Source: Candidatus Kaiserbacteria bacterium RIFCSPLOWO2_01_FULL_45_25
GTDB taxonomy: Bacteria > Patescibacteriota > Minisyncoccia > Phycocordibacterales > UBA918
Length of the DNA stretch: 60,709 nt
Assembly (NCBI GenBank): GCA_001781415.1
Contig: MFLT01000008.1
Coordinates: 101,916-162,624 of the forward strand
Direction of reading: 5' to 3'
The position numbers and the translations under genes are program-made. The notes under the pieces are model-generated. The model was not told where the DNA came from. It searched no databases and saw nothing but the letters and a program-made list of their open reading frames with translations. Below are positions 19,680-28,843 of the stretch, piece by piece (the stretch's first letter is position 1; every line of letters begins with the position of its first letter).

Positions 19680-20312
19680 CTAGGTCGTCAGCAGGTCGTA
19701 GGTCGTCCCGACAAAGGTACCTTGCGAGACAAACTCCAGCGGCCGTTTTTGGAGCAGCACATTCCAGTCCTCGACCACCTTCGTCAGCCACACTGCAGCT
19801 GCGATGGAATAATTAAAGCGCTGGATGCGCGCCACAGTGGAATGAAAGATAGGCAAGGGTTTTGGCACACCATCATGTTCAGTCATGACCTGGGTCGCCC
19901 AGCCGCGCCATTCGGAAACAGCAGCCGGCACCCCTTCATTCATGAGCACAATGTTGCCGCCGCCATCCAGCACCAAACGATTGAAGGTCAACAGGTGGCT
20001 ATCAACGTAGTCAACTCCCGATTCGAGTTCTGACTGCGCTTCATGTCCACCTGCAGCGACCTGAATCGTCACATGGTGTGGGAAATCGCGCCGAGCCATG
20101 AAGAATGAGTAGTGTTGACCTTCTTCCAGACGTCCCAAATCTCGCAAGAGCTCGGATAATCCACCATTCAAATCCTTCAACTTCACCGCCACAATCAAGT
20201 CATTGCGGAGGACTTCGCTGACTCCAGGAAACAATGGGATCGTTCCATTCTGCAGCTTCTCCACGCCGGCCTGATGACTGGCATCATAGCGATCTTTGAA
20301 AAAAGCTTTCAA
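19680..20312 (-). CDS. 2H-phosphoesterase superfamily (LigT-like) protein; SD-bearing accessory gene
   Basis: Two HxT motifs (PHHVTIQ, IFHSTVA) about 85 aa apart; TTG start with AAGGAG 6 nt upstream. Confidence 0.7.
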   Translation of the reverse strand: MKAFFKDRYDASHQAGVEKLQNGTIPLFPGVSEVLRNDLIVAVKLKDLNGGLSELLRDLGRLEEGQHYSFFMARRDFPHHVTIQVAAGGHEAQSELESGVDYVDSHLLTFNRLVLDGGGNIVLMNEGVPAAVSEWRGWATQVMTEHDGVPKPLPIFHSTVARIQRFNYSIAAAVWLTKVVEDWNVLLQKRPLEFVSQGTFVGTTYDLLTT

Positions 20313-20431
20313 TTGGCTCTCCTTGAAAAGGACCGATTAGCACTATGCGTCTCGTATCTATTACAGATTAAAACATACTTTTATACATTTGTATATACAT
20401 GACGATAGACTGTATACTAAGTCTAATACTC

Positions 20432-20842
20432 ATGCGAAAAACTTTTGAAATATTCACGCTAAACTTTTTTACAAAAAACTTTGCTACGTTTTTTTGTATT
20501 GGCGTTACTACTGCCCTTTTTGACTACTTATTATATATTTTTCTCCTATCACACGATTGGCCGATGCTGCTGGCTAAATCTTTAGCTTCAGCAATTGCTG
20601 TGGTATTTAATTACTTACTCAATTCTAAATTTAATTTTGGCAAGGTCCATACCATGAGCTTAAAACACCTAGGCTATTATGGAATTTTGTATGTTTTTCT
20701 CATCCTTATTCATACACTATTTAACCAAGGATTGTTTATCGTCCTAAACAATGTCAATATAGCTGTATTTGGGGCACTATGTATTTCAACTTTTGTGAAT
20801 TACATAGGTGTCAAAAAGTTTTTCAATCATTTTCGTAACTAA
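20432..20842 (+). CDS. GtrA-family small lipid-linked sugar flippase
   Basis: Four TM helices, F..IGVTTALFDY, AVVFNYLLNSKFNF, FVNYIGVKKF; start moved to ATG 20432. Confidence 0.85.
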   Translation: MRKTFEIFTLNFFTKNFATFFCIGVTTALFDYLLYIFLLSHDWPMLLAKSLASAIAVVFNYLLNSKFNFGKVHTMSLKHLGYYGILYVFLILIHTLFNQGLFIVLNNVNIAVFGALCISTFVNYIGVKKFFNHFRN

Positions 20843-20856
20843 TAATTTTATTCTGT

Positions 20857-21552
20857 ATGTTGTTTGAACTCGCAAAAAAACTAAGCTTTATTCAAAACAT
20901 TGTGGTGGATATGCAAACATCACTACATCCTTCCATCATGCACAATCTTGGGAAGATTGAAATGATTAAGAAAGCCATGTGGCATTGTGAACTAGAAGGT
21001 ATAACTGGCGACTACTTCGAGTTTGGAATCTATGAGGGCACTTCATTGTACGCAGCTGTCAAAGCTCACAAAAAAATAAACAGTGCGTACAAGCGAAACT
21101 TCTACGGTTTTGACTCTTTTGATGAAGGCTTTAAATATTTTGACACCAAGGACAAGCATCCTTATTTTAAGGAGGGAGACTTTGTAAGTTCATATGAAAA
21201 GGTGTTACGAAGATTTCGAAAATTCCCTCACGTAAAATTGATTAAAGGATATTTTGAAGAAACCACAACCACTCCTGAAGCAAAAAATATTTACGGGGAC
21301 AACAAATGTGCCATCATTTTTATTGACTGTGACTTGATGCACCCTGCTGGTGTTGCACTTGAGTATGTATACCCAATACTGCAGCCTGGCTCAATCATTA
21401 TTCTGGATGATTACTTTGCCTACAAGGGAGCTGAGGACCTAGGTACCAGTGGTGCCTTACGCGCTTTTCAAGAAAAGCACCCTACGGTTAAGGTACGAGA
21501 ATTTTCTGATTATGGATACGGAGGTAAATCTTTTGTGGTAACTAGTTTATAA
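20857..21552 (+). CDS. TylF/MycF (macrocin O-methyltransferase) family protein
   Basis: GDYFEFGIYEG, YGFDSFDEG, IKGYFEET, FIDCDL, PGSIIILDDY. Confidence 0.88.
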   Translation: MLFELAKKLSFIQNIVVDMQTSLHPSIMHNLGKIEMIKKAMWHCELEGITGDYFEFGIYEGTSLYAAVKAHKKINSAYKRNFYGFDSFDEGFKYFDTKDKHPYFKEGDFVSSYEKVLRRFRKFPHVKLIKGYFEETTTTPEAKNIYGDNKCAIIFIDCDLMHPAGVALEYVYPILQPGSIIILDDYFAYKGAEDLGTSGALRAFQEKHPTVKVREFSDYGYGGKSFVVTSL

Positions 21553-21568
21553 ACATAATTTTATAGGT

Positions 21569-22279
21569 ATGAAGTTATCTATAGTAATTCCCTGCTACAA
21601 CGAGGCAGAGAATATCCCTAAATTAATCCGAGCATACGCTGAGGTAATCACTCGGAACGACATTGAGATTATCTTGATCAACAACGGATCGACTGACAAC
21701 ACAGCCGCACTTCTCACCGAACTTGCTCCACAACACTCACCTTGGCTTCATGTAGTTACTGTACCGGTGAATGAAGGCTACGGGTTTGGTATTCTGCAAG
21801 GCCTCAGGGCCGCTCAAGGTGAGTTTATTGGTTGGACCCACGGTGATCTACAAACACCCCCCGAGGACGTTTTAACTGCCCTTAGCATTATTGAGTCAAA
21901 AGGTAGCCCTACTGACATTTTTGTAAAAGGAAATCGTTACGGACGTCCTCTTTTTGATCTTATCTTTACTTGGGGAATGAGTGTATTTGAAACTATTTAC
22001 ATGGGGACAGTGTTATATGACGTGAACGCACAACCAAACGTATTTCACAGAAGTTTTTTTCAAGACTGGACAAACCCGCCACACGACTTTGCCCTTGATT
22101 TATACGCCCTATATATGGCCAAGAAAAAAGGCATCAAAATCATACGCTACCAGGTACCGTTTCTTAAGAGAGTACATGGCGAATCAAAATGGAATACTGG
22201 CTTTGGTGCAAAGTGGAAATTTATCAAGAGAACAATCTCGTTTAGCGTTATGTTGAAAAAACGCCTCCTTACAAAATAA
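21569..22279 (+). CDS. GT2 glycosyltransferase, polyprenyl-phosphate glycosyltransferase (GtrB/DPM-like)
   Basis: SIVIPCYNE, NNGSTD, NEGYGFGILQG, WTHGDLQ, R.HGESKW. Confidence 0.88.
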   Translation: MKLSIVIPCYNEAENIPKLIRAYAEVITRNDIEIILINNGSTDNTAALLTELAPQHSPWLHVVTVPVNEGYGFGILQGLRAAQGEFIGWTHGDLQTPPEDVLTALSIIESKGSPTDIFVKGNRYGRPLFDLIFTWGMSVFETIYMGTVLYDVNAQPNVFHRSFFQDWTNPPHDFALDLYALYMAKKKGIKIIRYQVPFLKRVHGESKWNTGFGAKWKFIKRTISFSVMLKKRLLTK

Positions 22280-22291
22280 TCCCGGTTTTAC

Positions 22292-24031
22292 ATGATTAAT
22301 CAAATATTTTCAAAAAATGCTCTGACTTATGTTTTTATAGTCATTGTTTTTGTTAGTTTTTTGATACATCTTAATTTTAGACAATCTCATTTTCAAGAAT
22401 TGGATTCATCTGGTGTCTATTATGTCTTAAATAATTTTCCGACAAGTGCTATGAATTTCATAAGCATGTCATACATGAGTGAAAATTTAAAAATTTTCAA
22501 GACAAGAGAAGCAGCAGAAAATTTTTTTAATAAAGAAATAGTTGATAAAAATTTAAGAGCAGTACTGGGAGCAAAATATAATGACAAAAATAAAGAACTG
22601 ATAATATCAGAGATCTATCAGGGTAAATCAATATTTTTCTATTTGCGGGCTGCTGAAATTTTAGCTTTAAATAAAATAGTACACTTGCTACCAATCCCTT
22701 TGTTTACCAGTATAGTACAACCGCTTTCATCGACATATTCTCCTGGTCCTGGTTTTTTCTACGGATTCATGGGTGCACACAGCTCTTATGATGACTTCAT
22801 GAAATTTGCTGGAACTTTTCAGCTTTTGATATTTCATTTAGGTGTCTTAATCATGTTCTTTACTGTTTCATTTTTGAGTAAAAATCGATTTACTGCACTG
22901 ACAGTTGGATCATTGATGCTATTTTCATATTCTTTATATTCTTATGCCCATCACATGGGAAGCGTTACATGGAATATATTTGTACCTACTATCTTCATAG
23001 GGTTATTACTCTATTACTATAACAAGGAAAGAGAGGATATTTTGCGTAGAGTTTCGATTATATCTTCATGGCTCCTACTTTTTAGTTACCTAGTTCCCTA
23101 CTTATGGTTTGCTACCATAACTTCAATAGTAGTAATTGATAAAAATAGCGGTATTAGTGTATTCAACTTAGAGTATCTAAAAAAGATTGTTATAAGTCAG
23201 AAATGGTTCCTAGTATCTTCCGTTGTTTGTTTGCTATTAATCCTTCCTCCAAGCCAAGGTTTTCGAGGTTCAGCAGAATCATTAGTGGAATTTATTCAAT
23301 TTTTCTATTACGGACTATTAAATTACTTTTATTTATACGGAAACCTTACTTATCTCTCACTAATCGAATTCTGGGTATTTTTTACCCTGTTCGTGAGCGG
23401 TCTATATGTTGGTTATAAAAAGATCAAGGGTTCAGAAAAAAAACTGATCTGGTATTTTATAGTATCTTTACTAGCGCTCTATTCTGTATCGGTTGTATTT
23501 AACATTCTCAGCTTTATACCTTCTCGTCATATATTATTTTTGACACCAGTATTATTTATCATCATTTCGTTTGCAATCGATGTTTTATACAAGCGACTAG
23601 ATATGGTGTTGTTAGTATTATTTAATGTACTGTTGATATCAGCTGGTTTTTATTCAGTAATTGCCAGCCAAGACGTAACCTTTGACCAAACGCTTCATGC
23701 CAAAGTTCCAACATACATAGACTCAGTTATAGTGTACGGTGAAAATTATCCTTTAAAATATAGGTTCGAAGACTCACATCACGCGTTCATAAAGAAAGGA
23801 AATGTTTTATTGAGTGAACAAATAAAGCCCAATGTAAGATATCTCTACGTGAGTCAACTTGGCTGTTTTGAGGATTTGCTCCAAGATGCAAAAGACGAGG
23901 GTATACATGTTGTTCTTGAGAACAAAAAGCAATACGTGACCGACCAAAAATTTATTGCTTTTGATCCTAGTGACTTTGTATTCAATAGCCCAAATAATTA
24001 TTGCCAGGCTGAATTTATTTGGAAGGAATAA
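22292..24031 (+). CDS. Polytopic membrane protein, putative GT-C glycosyltransferase (GtrX-like) or polymerase
   Basis: About 11 TM segments, acidic QELDS after TM1, periplasmic loop and tail; very AT-rich; follows GtrA and GT2. Confidence 0.55.
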   Translation: MINQIFSKNALTYVFIVIVFVSFLIHLNFRQSHFQELDSSGVYYVLNNFPTSAMNFISMSYMSENLKIFKTREAAENFFNKEIVDKNLRAVLGAKYNDKNKELIISEIYQGKSIFFYLRAAEILALNKIVHLLPIPLFTSIVQPLSSTYSPGPGFFYGFMGAHSSYDDFMKFAGTFQLLIFHLGVLIMFFTVSFLSKNRFTALTVGSLMLFSYSLYSYAHHMGSVTWNIFVPTIFIGLLLYYYNKEREDILRRVSIISSWLLLFSYLVPYLWFATITSIVVIDKNSGISVFNLEYLKKIVISQKWFLVSSVVCLLLILPPSQGFRGSAESLVEFIQFFYYGLLNYFYLYGNLTYLSLIEFWVFFTLFVSGLYVGYKKIKGSEKKLIWYFIVSLLALYSVSVVFNILSFIPSRHILFLTPVLFIIISFAIDVLYKRLDMVLLVLFNVLLISAGFYSVIASQDVTFDQTLHAKVPTYIDSVIVYGENYPLKYRFEDSHHAFIKKGNVLLSEQIKPNVRYLYVSQLGCFEDLLQDAKDEGIHVVLENKKQYVTDQKFIAFDPSDFVFNSPNNYCQAEFIWKE

Positions 24032-24074
24032 ATAAGAATATAATCTGTTTTATCAAAGACAGTTTTCTGAAAAC

Positions 24075-25376
24075 ATGAAAAATTTACCACACCGAACTCT
24101 TCAGACTGTTTTACCCAACTGGGCCTACGAACGCCTAAATGAATATTTGAATAGTGAAGGTTTAAGACGATATGCCTCAAACACGGCCTGGGCACTAGCA
24201 GCCAAAATTTTTAGTGTAATTATGTCATTTTTTGTGACCATATACCTTGTTCGGTATCTTGGTCCAGAAAACTACGGAAACCTCAGTTACGCTGTGAGTT
24301 TTGTTGGAATCTTCTCTGTACTCAGCACACTAGGTATTGATAACGTCCTATATCGTGAGCTCATAGTCTATCCAGAAAAACGAAATGAGTATCTCGGTTC
24401 TGCATTTTTGCTTAAACTTTCTGCTGGCTTTATTGCTTGTGTCTTCACTATATTTGGAGCCATCTTTTTTGCAACTGATGACGTATCTCAGCTCATTATT
24501 ATTATGTTGGCCGCTACGTTCATTTTTAATTCTTTTAATGTTGTTATTTATGAATTTCAGGCAAACGTAAAGCAAAAGTACCCTTCATTGGTATCACTAG
24601 CAGTTGTCTTTATTTTAAACCTGTTAAAACTCTCTGTAATAGCCTTGGATCAAGGAATTATATACATCGGTGGTATTTTACTTTTGGAATCAGTCTTGTA
24701 CGCTACATTCTTTATATTTATTAGGATTAGACACTACGGTACTTTTCGAGACTGGACTTACAACAAAACAATTGCGGTGAGTATACTTCGTGACTCTTGG
24801 CCGTTTATCTTTATCGCCCTCTTTGCCTCGGTATATGCACGAATCGACCAAGTGATGCTGAAGCACCTCATCGACAGCTCAGCTGTAGGTATCTACGACG
24901 CAGCCGTAAGAATTGCTGAGGTTTGGTTATTTGTACCTGGTATCATTGCTTCTTCTCTTTTTCCGGCCATCGTGAACGGTAAAAAGACCAGCGTTTACGA
25001 GTATAAAAAGCGACTCCTCAATTTAACCATTTTTTTAGTAATCATCGCTGGGGCATTAGCTACCTTTTCTTCATTCATTGCAAAGCCGTTGATACATACA
25101 CTGTACGGTCCAGCATTTATTGAGAGCGCTGGTGTATTTACTATTTATATATGGTCAGGGGTTTTTGTCTCTATCAGTCTTGTATTGCATTATTTCCTGC
25201 TAGCAGAAAATAAACGCAAAGTGATTTTCTTTAGTTCGCTCGGTACCATGATTACCAATATTGCGCTTAACGTACTGCTTATCCCCGTCTATGGAATTAC
25301 TGGAGCCGCCTTGGCTACCCTCATTTCTTATGCGATTTTGATTTTACCGATTATACTAATATTCAAACTTAAATAA
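24075..25376 (+). CDS. wzx: Wzx-type polysaccharide flippase
   Basis: RYLGPENYGNLSY, LSTLGID, YARIDQVML, VGIYDAA, LNVLLIPVYGITGAA. Confidence 0.92.
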   Translation: MKNLPHRTLQTVLPNWAYERLNEYLNSEGLRRYASNTAWALAAKIFSVIMSFFVTIYLVRYLGPENYGNLSYAVSFVGIFSVLSTLGIDNVLYRELIVYPEKRNEYLGSAFLLKLSAGFIACVFTIFGAIFFATDDVSQLIIIMLAATFIFNSFNVVIYEFQANVKQKYPSLVSLAVVFILNLLKLSVIALDQGIIYIGGILLLESVLYATFFIFIRIRHYGTFRDWTYNKTIAVSILRDSWPFIFIALFASVYARIDQVMLKHLIDSSAVGIYDAAVRIAEVWLFVPGIIASSLFPAIVNGKKTSVYEYKKRLLNLTIFLVIIAGALATFSSFIAKPLIHTLYGPAFIESAGVFTIYIWSGVFVSISLVLHYFLLAENKRKVIFFSSLGTMITNIALNVLLIPVYGITGAALATLISYAILILPIILIFKLK

Positions 25377-25378
25377 AT

Positions 25379-26272
25379 ATGAACGAAACGCAATATAGTA
25401 TCGGTGTAGTTACTTATCACGCTAGATTTGAAAGTTACTTTAAGCCATTGATTAGACAACTAGTTCGTATATTCCCTGATAAAGAAATCATTTGTGTCAT
25501 AAATGGCCATCCAGACCGCACACTACAAATAAACTACCTCAAGAAGGTGGTGGCTTTTTTGAGATCATTTCCAAATGTTCGCCACCTTACTTACGACACC
25601 AATCAATCGCTATCCAAATGCTGGAACCAAGTAATCATTCTCTCTCCCACAGAGCGTATACTTCTACTTAATGATGACACTCAGGTGAGTGAGCTGTTCC
25701 GTACAGAGCTAGATGCGATTATAGGAAATTCAGAAGTATTCACCATAAATAGGAGCTGGAGTCATTTCGTTATATCAAAAACAACAATTAAGAAAGTCGG
25801 TTGGTTTGATGAGCGATTTCCTGGCATAGGACAAGAAGACGGTGATTTTGCCTATCGAATGGCCATGCAAAATGTGGATTTAAAAAATATTGATTTTACA
25901 GGCATAAGAAATTTTGTGGCTGAGCAAGAAAATCCAAGCTGGTCAGAGGTGTCACCGGTCGTAAGTGGTACTCGCTATTCAGACATCAATCGTGAATTTT
26001 TCAACAAGAAATGGCTAACTCCCCTAAACTCACCTAATATTTCAACTTTTTCTCATTACTGTGTCTTTAACGGGGCCCCTGCCCCATTTACTCCAATACC
26101 AGAAATGGAGACACCGATATTTTATGAATTTTCAGTTTTGGACAATACTGAAGACGAGAACTTTAGGCAATCATTCACTGTTCGGTCGCTGCAGATACAT
26201 CTACAGAGAGTATATTTTACCCTAGGACGCGCAGTAGCCAGATTTCTGCGCAAAATAAAACTAAAACTATGA
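25379..26272 (+). CDS. GT-A fold (GT2-like) glycosyltransferase
   Basis: SLSKCWNQ, LLLNDD, VGWFDERF..GQEDGD. Confidence 0.75.
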   Translation: MNETQYSIGVVTYHARFESYFKPLIRQLVRIFPDKEIICVINGHPDRTLQINYLKKVVAFLRSFPNVRHLTYDTNQSLSKCWNQVIILSPTERILLLNDDTQVSELFRTELDAIIGNSEVFTINRSWSHFVISKTTIKKVGWFDERFPGIGQEDGDFAYRMAMQNVDLKNIDFTGIRNFVAEQENPSWSEVSPVVSGTRYSDINREFFNKKWLTPLNSPNISTFSHYCVFNGAPAPFTPIPEMETPIFYEFSVLDNTEDENFRQSFTVRSLQIHLQRVYFTLGRAVARFLRKIKLKL

Positions 26273-27012
26273 CAGCCATTTCAATTATCACCTCGATGTA
26301 CCGGACTGAACAACACTTGCCTAATTGGAGCAAGCAAGTTTTATCTTTTGCCGAAGAAGCCCGTAAAATTGGTCTTGATTTTGAAATTAACGCCATCGCC
26401 AACGAGCCGTCGGAAATCGAGCTTGAGCATTTAAATAAACTAGCCCTCTATCCATGGTTCCATATTCATAGCGTGCCTCGTGAATCAATCTATGCATCTT
26501 GGAACCGAGGAGTCCGAGTCTCAACGGCAAAGGTATGTACTTTTTGGAATGTCGACGACATTCGCAACGCCAAAGCCATCGCTGATGGACTCAATCAAAT
26601 CGCTAATAGCTCTTCGACAGAAGAGACTAGTGCCGTTGTATACTTCCCTTTCATTTACAAGCGGTACATAAATTTCTTAAACCATAACTTTTTGGTAAAG
26701 CGCACTACCGTACGGCCACCTATCTTTAGTAAAGCTAAGTTTATACAATCTATGCACATGGGCCCGTTCTTCATGTTTACAAAAAGCGCTTATGGGCGCA
26801 TTGGTGGTTTTGATGAGAAATACACTATTGTTGGAGACTATGAATGGCAAGCCCGAGCGGCTGCAAATGGAGTACAGTTCCTAAAATCAGATACTATTGC
26901 GGGAATATTTACTAACAACGGCAAGACATTAAGCGGTAGTCGGGCCGCCAAGCACACTGGCGAACTTCAGTCAGTTTACGATAAATTTAACGTTGCCAAG
27001 ACGGCAGTATAA
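26269..27012 (+). CDS. GT2-family glycosyltransferase
   Basis: IYASWNRGV, WNVDD, IGGFDEKY..VGDYEW. Confidence 0.78.
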   Translation: MTAISIITSMYRTEQHLPNWSKQVLSFAEEARKIGLDFEINAIANEPSEIELEHLNKLALYPWFHIHSVPRESIYASWNRGVRVSTAKVCTFWNVDDIRNAKAIADGLNQIANSSSTEETSAVVYFPFIYKRYINFLNHNFLVKRTTVRPPIFSKAKFIQSMHMGPFFMFTKSAYGRIGGFDEKYTIVGDYEWQARAAANGVQFLKSDTIAGIFTNNGKTLSGSRAAKHTGELQSVYDKFNVAKTAV

Positions 27013-27013
27013 T

Positions 27014-27952
27014 ATGAAAATAATTGCACTAGTTCCTGTAAAGAATGAAAGTTGGGCCCTCCCTTCTTACCTTTCTAGTGTCTCAAAAATTGCTGACCAC
27101 ATCATTGCACTAGATGACTCCTCTACTGATTCAAGCAGAGACATCCTGAAAGCGGCCGGAGCTACAGTTGTAGAATATGACGCAACTGGAGAAAAGCTAG
27201 TAAACATGGGTAAGCGTAGACAACGACTCTTGGAACTTGGTCGTGAGGCTGAGGGTACTCACTTTATTTGGCTTGATGCTGACGAAACTTTTTCTGCCAA
27301 CTTTGTAGAAAAAGCCGAAGAGATAATTTCAAAATTACAGCCAGGTGAAAAGCTGGCGATGCGATGGGTGCATGCCTGGAAAAACACAGACCAGTATCTA
27401 AGCGATATTAAATCCCCCTTTGGTTATATTTGGAAAGATTTTATTTTCTGTGATGATGGTCAAAGTAACTTTAAGGATAAATTTCTATCAGAAAGTAGGA
27501 CCCCAGGGGAATATAGCGAGCCGATAAAACTAAAAGAGGAGGACGGGATTGTCTTACATTGGCAATTCACTCGATGGAAAACAACACAATACAAACAAGC
27601 TCTGTATCGATGCATTGAATTAATAAAGGGTGAAAGAAGTGCTCGTAGGATAAACCATACCTATAGCATCACTCTTGATGACACAAACTTAGAGACAGAG
27701 TACCTCAAAAATACCTGGGTAAACGGCACAGTTACACCTGCTACAATAGAAGATACACAATATTTCCACGCTAGACTTCTTGAACTATTTTCTACCCACG
27801 GGATTAAATTCTTTGAACCTCTTGAAATTTGGCATATACCTGAATTAAAAGAACTGTTCCAGAAAACAACAGGTTACACACCAAAATTAGAAGTATTTCC
27901 TAAATGGCTTATATACTTGAACACAATAAAAAATAAAATTTTTCATGATTAA
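27014..27952 (+). CDS. GT2-family glycosyltransferase
   Basis: VPVKNE, DDSSTD, WLDADE; start moved to ATG 27014. Confidence 0.8.
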   Translation: MKIIALVPVKNESWALPSYLSSVSKIADHIIALDDSSTDSSRDILKAAGATVVEYDATGEKLVNMGKRRQRLLELGREAEGTHFIWLDADETFSANFVEKAEEIISKLQPGEKLAMRWVHAWKNTDQYLSDIKSPFGYIWKDFIFCDDGQSNFKDKFLSESRTPGEYSEPIKLKEEDGIVLHWQFTRWKTTQYKQALYRCIELIKGERSARRINHTYSITLDDTNLETEYLKNTWVNGTVTPATIEDTQYFHARLLELFSTHGIKFFEPLEIWHIPELKELFQKTTGYTPKLEVFPKWLIYLNTIKNKIFHD

Positions 27953-28838
27953 AAAAATACTAAAGAGGAGTTTAAATAGGGCTGCAGAAATATTTGGGTG
28001 GCAAATAGTTTTTTTACCAAAAAATTCAACCGCCAGAACCACTGCTGTTAAATCTGATTTAGGATTTTGGTACGCTGGCAATGTCTTTGACTCAAGTGAT
28101 ATTGCTTACGGGGTTTTTCGTAATGGTCTCGTAGAAGAAATGGAGACTAACTTAGTAGTACGTGTATTAAATACAATCAGTGAAGCGGTCAACGGTTTGC
28201 ATTTTTACGACATAGGTGCAAATTCTGGTTACTATGGAATCTTAGCAGCATTTTTAGGTAAAGATAAAACTAAAACTTTTTCTTTTGAGCCACTAAAAGA
28301 ATATGTAAATTTAATCAAAGATTCTGTTGATATTAATCATTTAGAAAATTCTGTAAAAGTATTTACTACAGCTCTTGGAGCTTCTGAATCTTCTGGGGTT
28401 ATCCAAATCTCTGGATCTGGTTCCAGTCTAGTTCCTGGATTTCTCGGCAAGGATAATCCCTGTCCAACTAGGGAAATTACTATTCAAAAGTTAGACGATA
28501 TTGTTAAAACACAAAATCTCCCTCTACCACATTTTATAAAAATAGACGTTGAGGGATTCGAACTTGCTGTATTACGTGGCAGTGAGAGTACAATAAAACA
28601 AGCAAAACCAGTACTTTTTATTGAGGTTGCCAATACACTTATCACTACACATGGAAAATTTGTAAATACGGAAGCCAGGGTGGTTTTTGATTTGCTTGCT
28701 GGGCTAGGTTACAATGCCTTTATTGTCAAAGAGACTATTGAAGCTATTAACACCGTATCAAATGACACTGGTGTGTACATGTATCTCTTTTTGAACAACG
28801 AAAATCCACTACACGAAAAAATTAAACAAAGTCTTTAG
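27945..28838 (+). CDS. FkbM-family methyltransferase
   Basis: YDIGANSGYY, SFEP, TALG, IKIDVEGFELAVLRG. Confidence 0.92.
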   Translation: MIKKILKRSLNRAAEIFGWQIVFLPKNSTARTTAVKSDLGFWYAGNVFDSSDIAYGVFRNGLVEEMETNLVVRVLNTISEAVNGLHFYDIGANSGYYGILAAFLGKDKTKTFSFEPLKEYVNLIKDSVDINHLENSVKVFTTALGASESSGVIQISGSGSSLVPGFLGKDNPCPTREITIQKLDDIVKTQNLPLPHFIKIDVEGFELAVLRGSESTIKQAKPVLFIEVANTLITTHGKFVNTEARVVFDLLAGLGYNAFIVKETIEAINTVSNDTGVYMYLFLNNENPLHEKIKQSL

Positions 28839-28843
28839 AAAAT

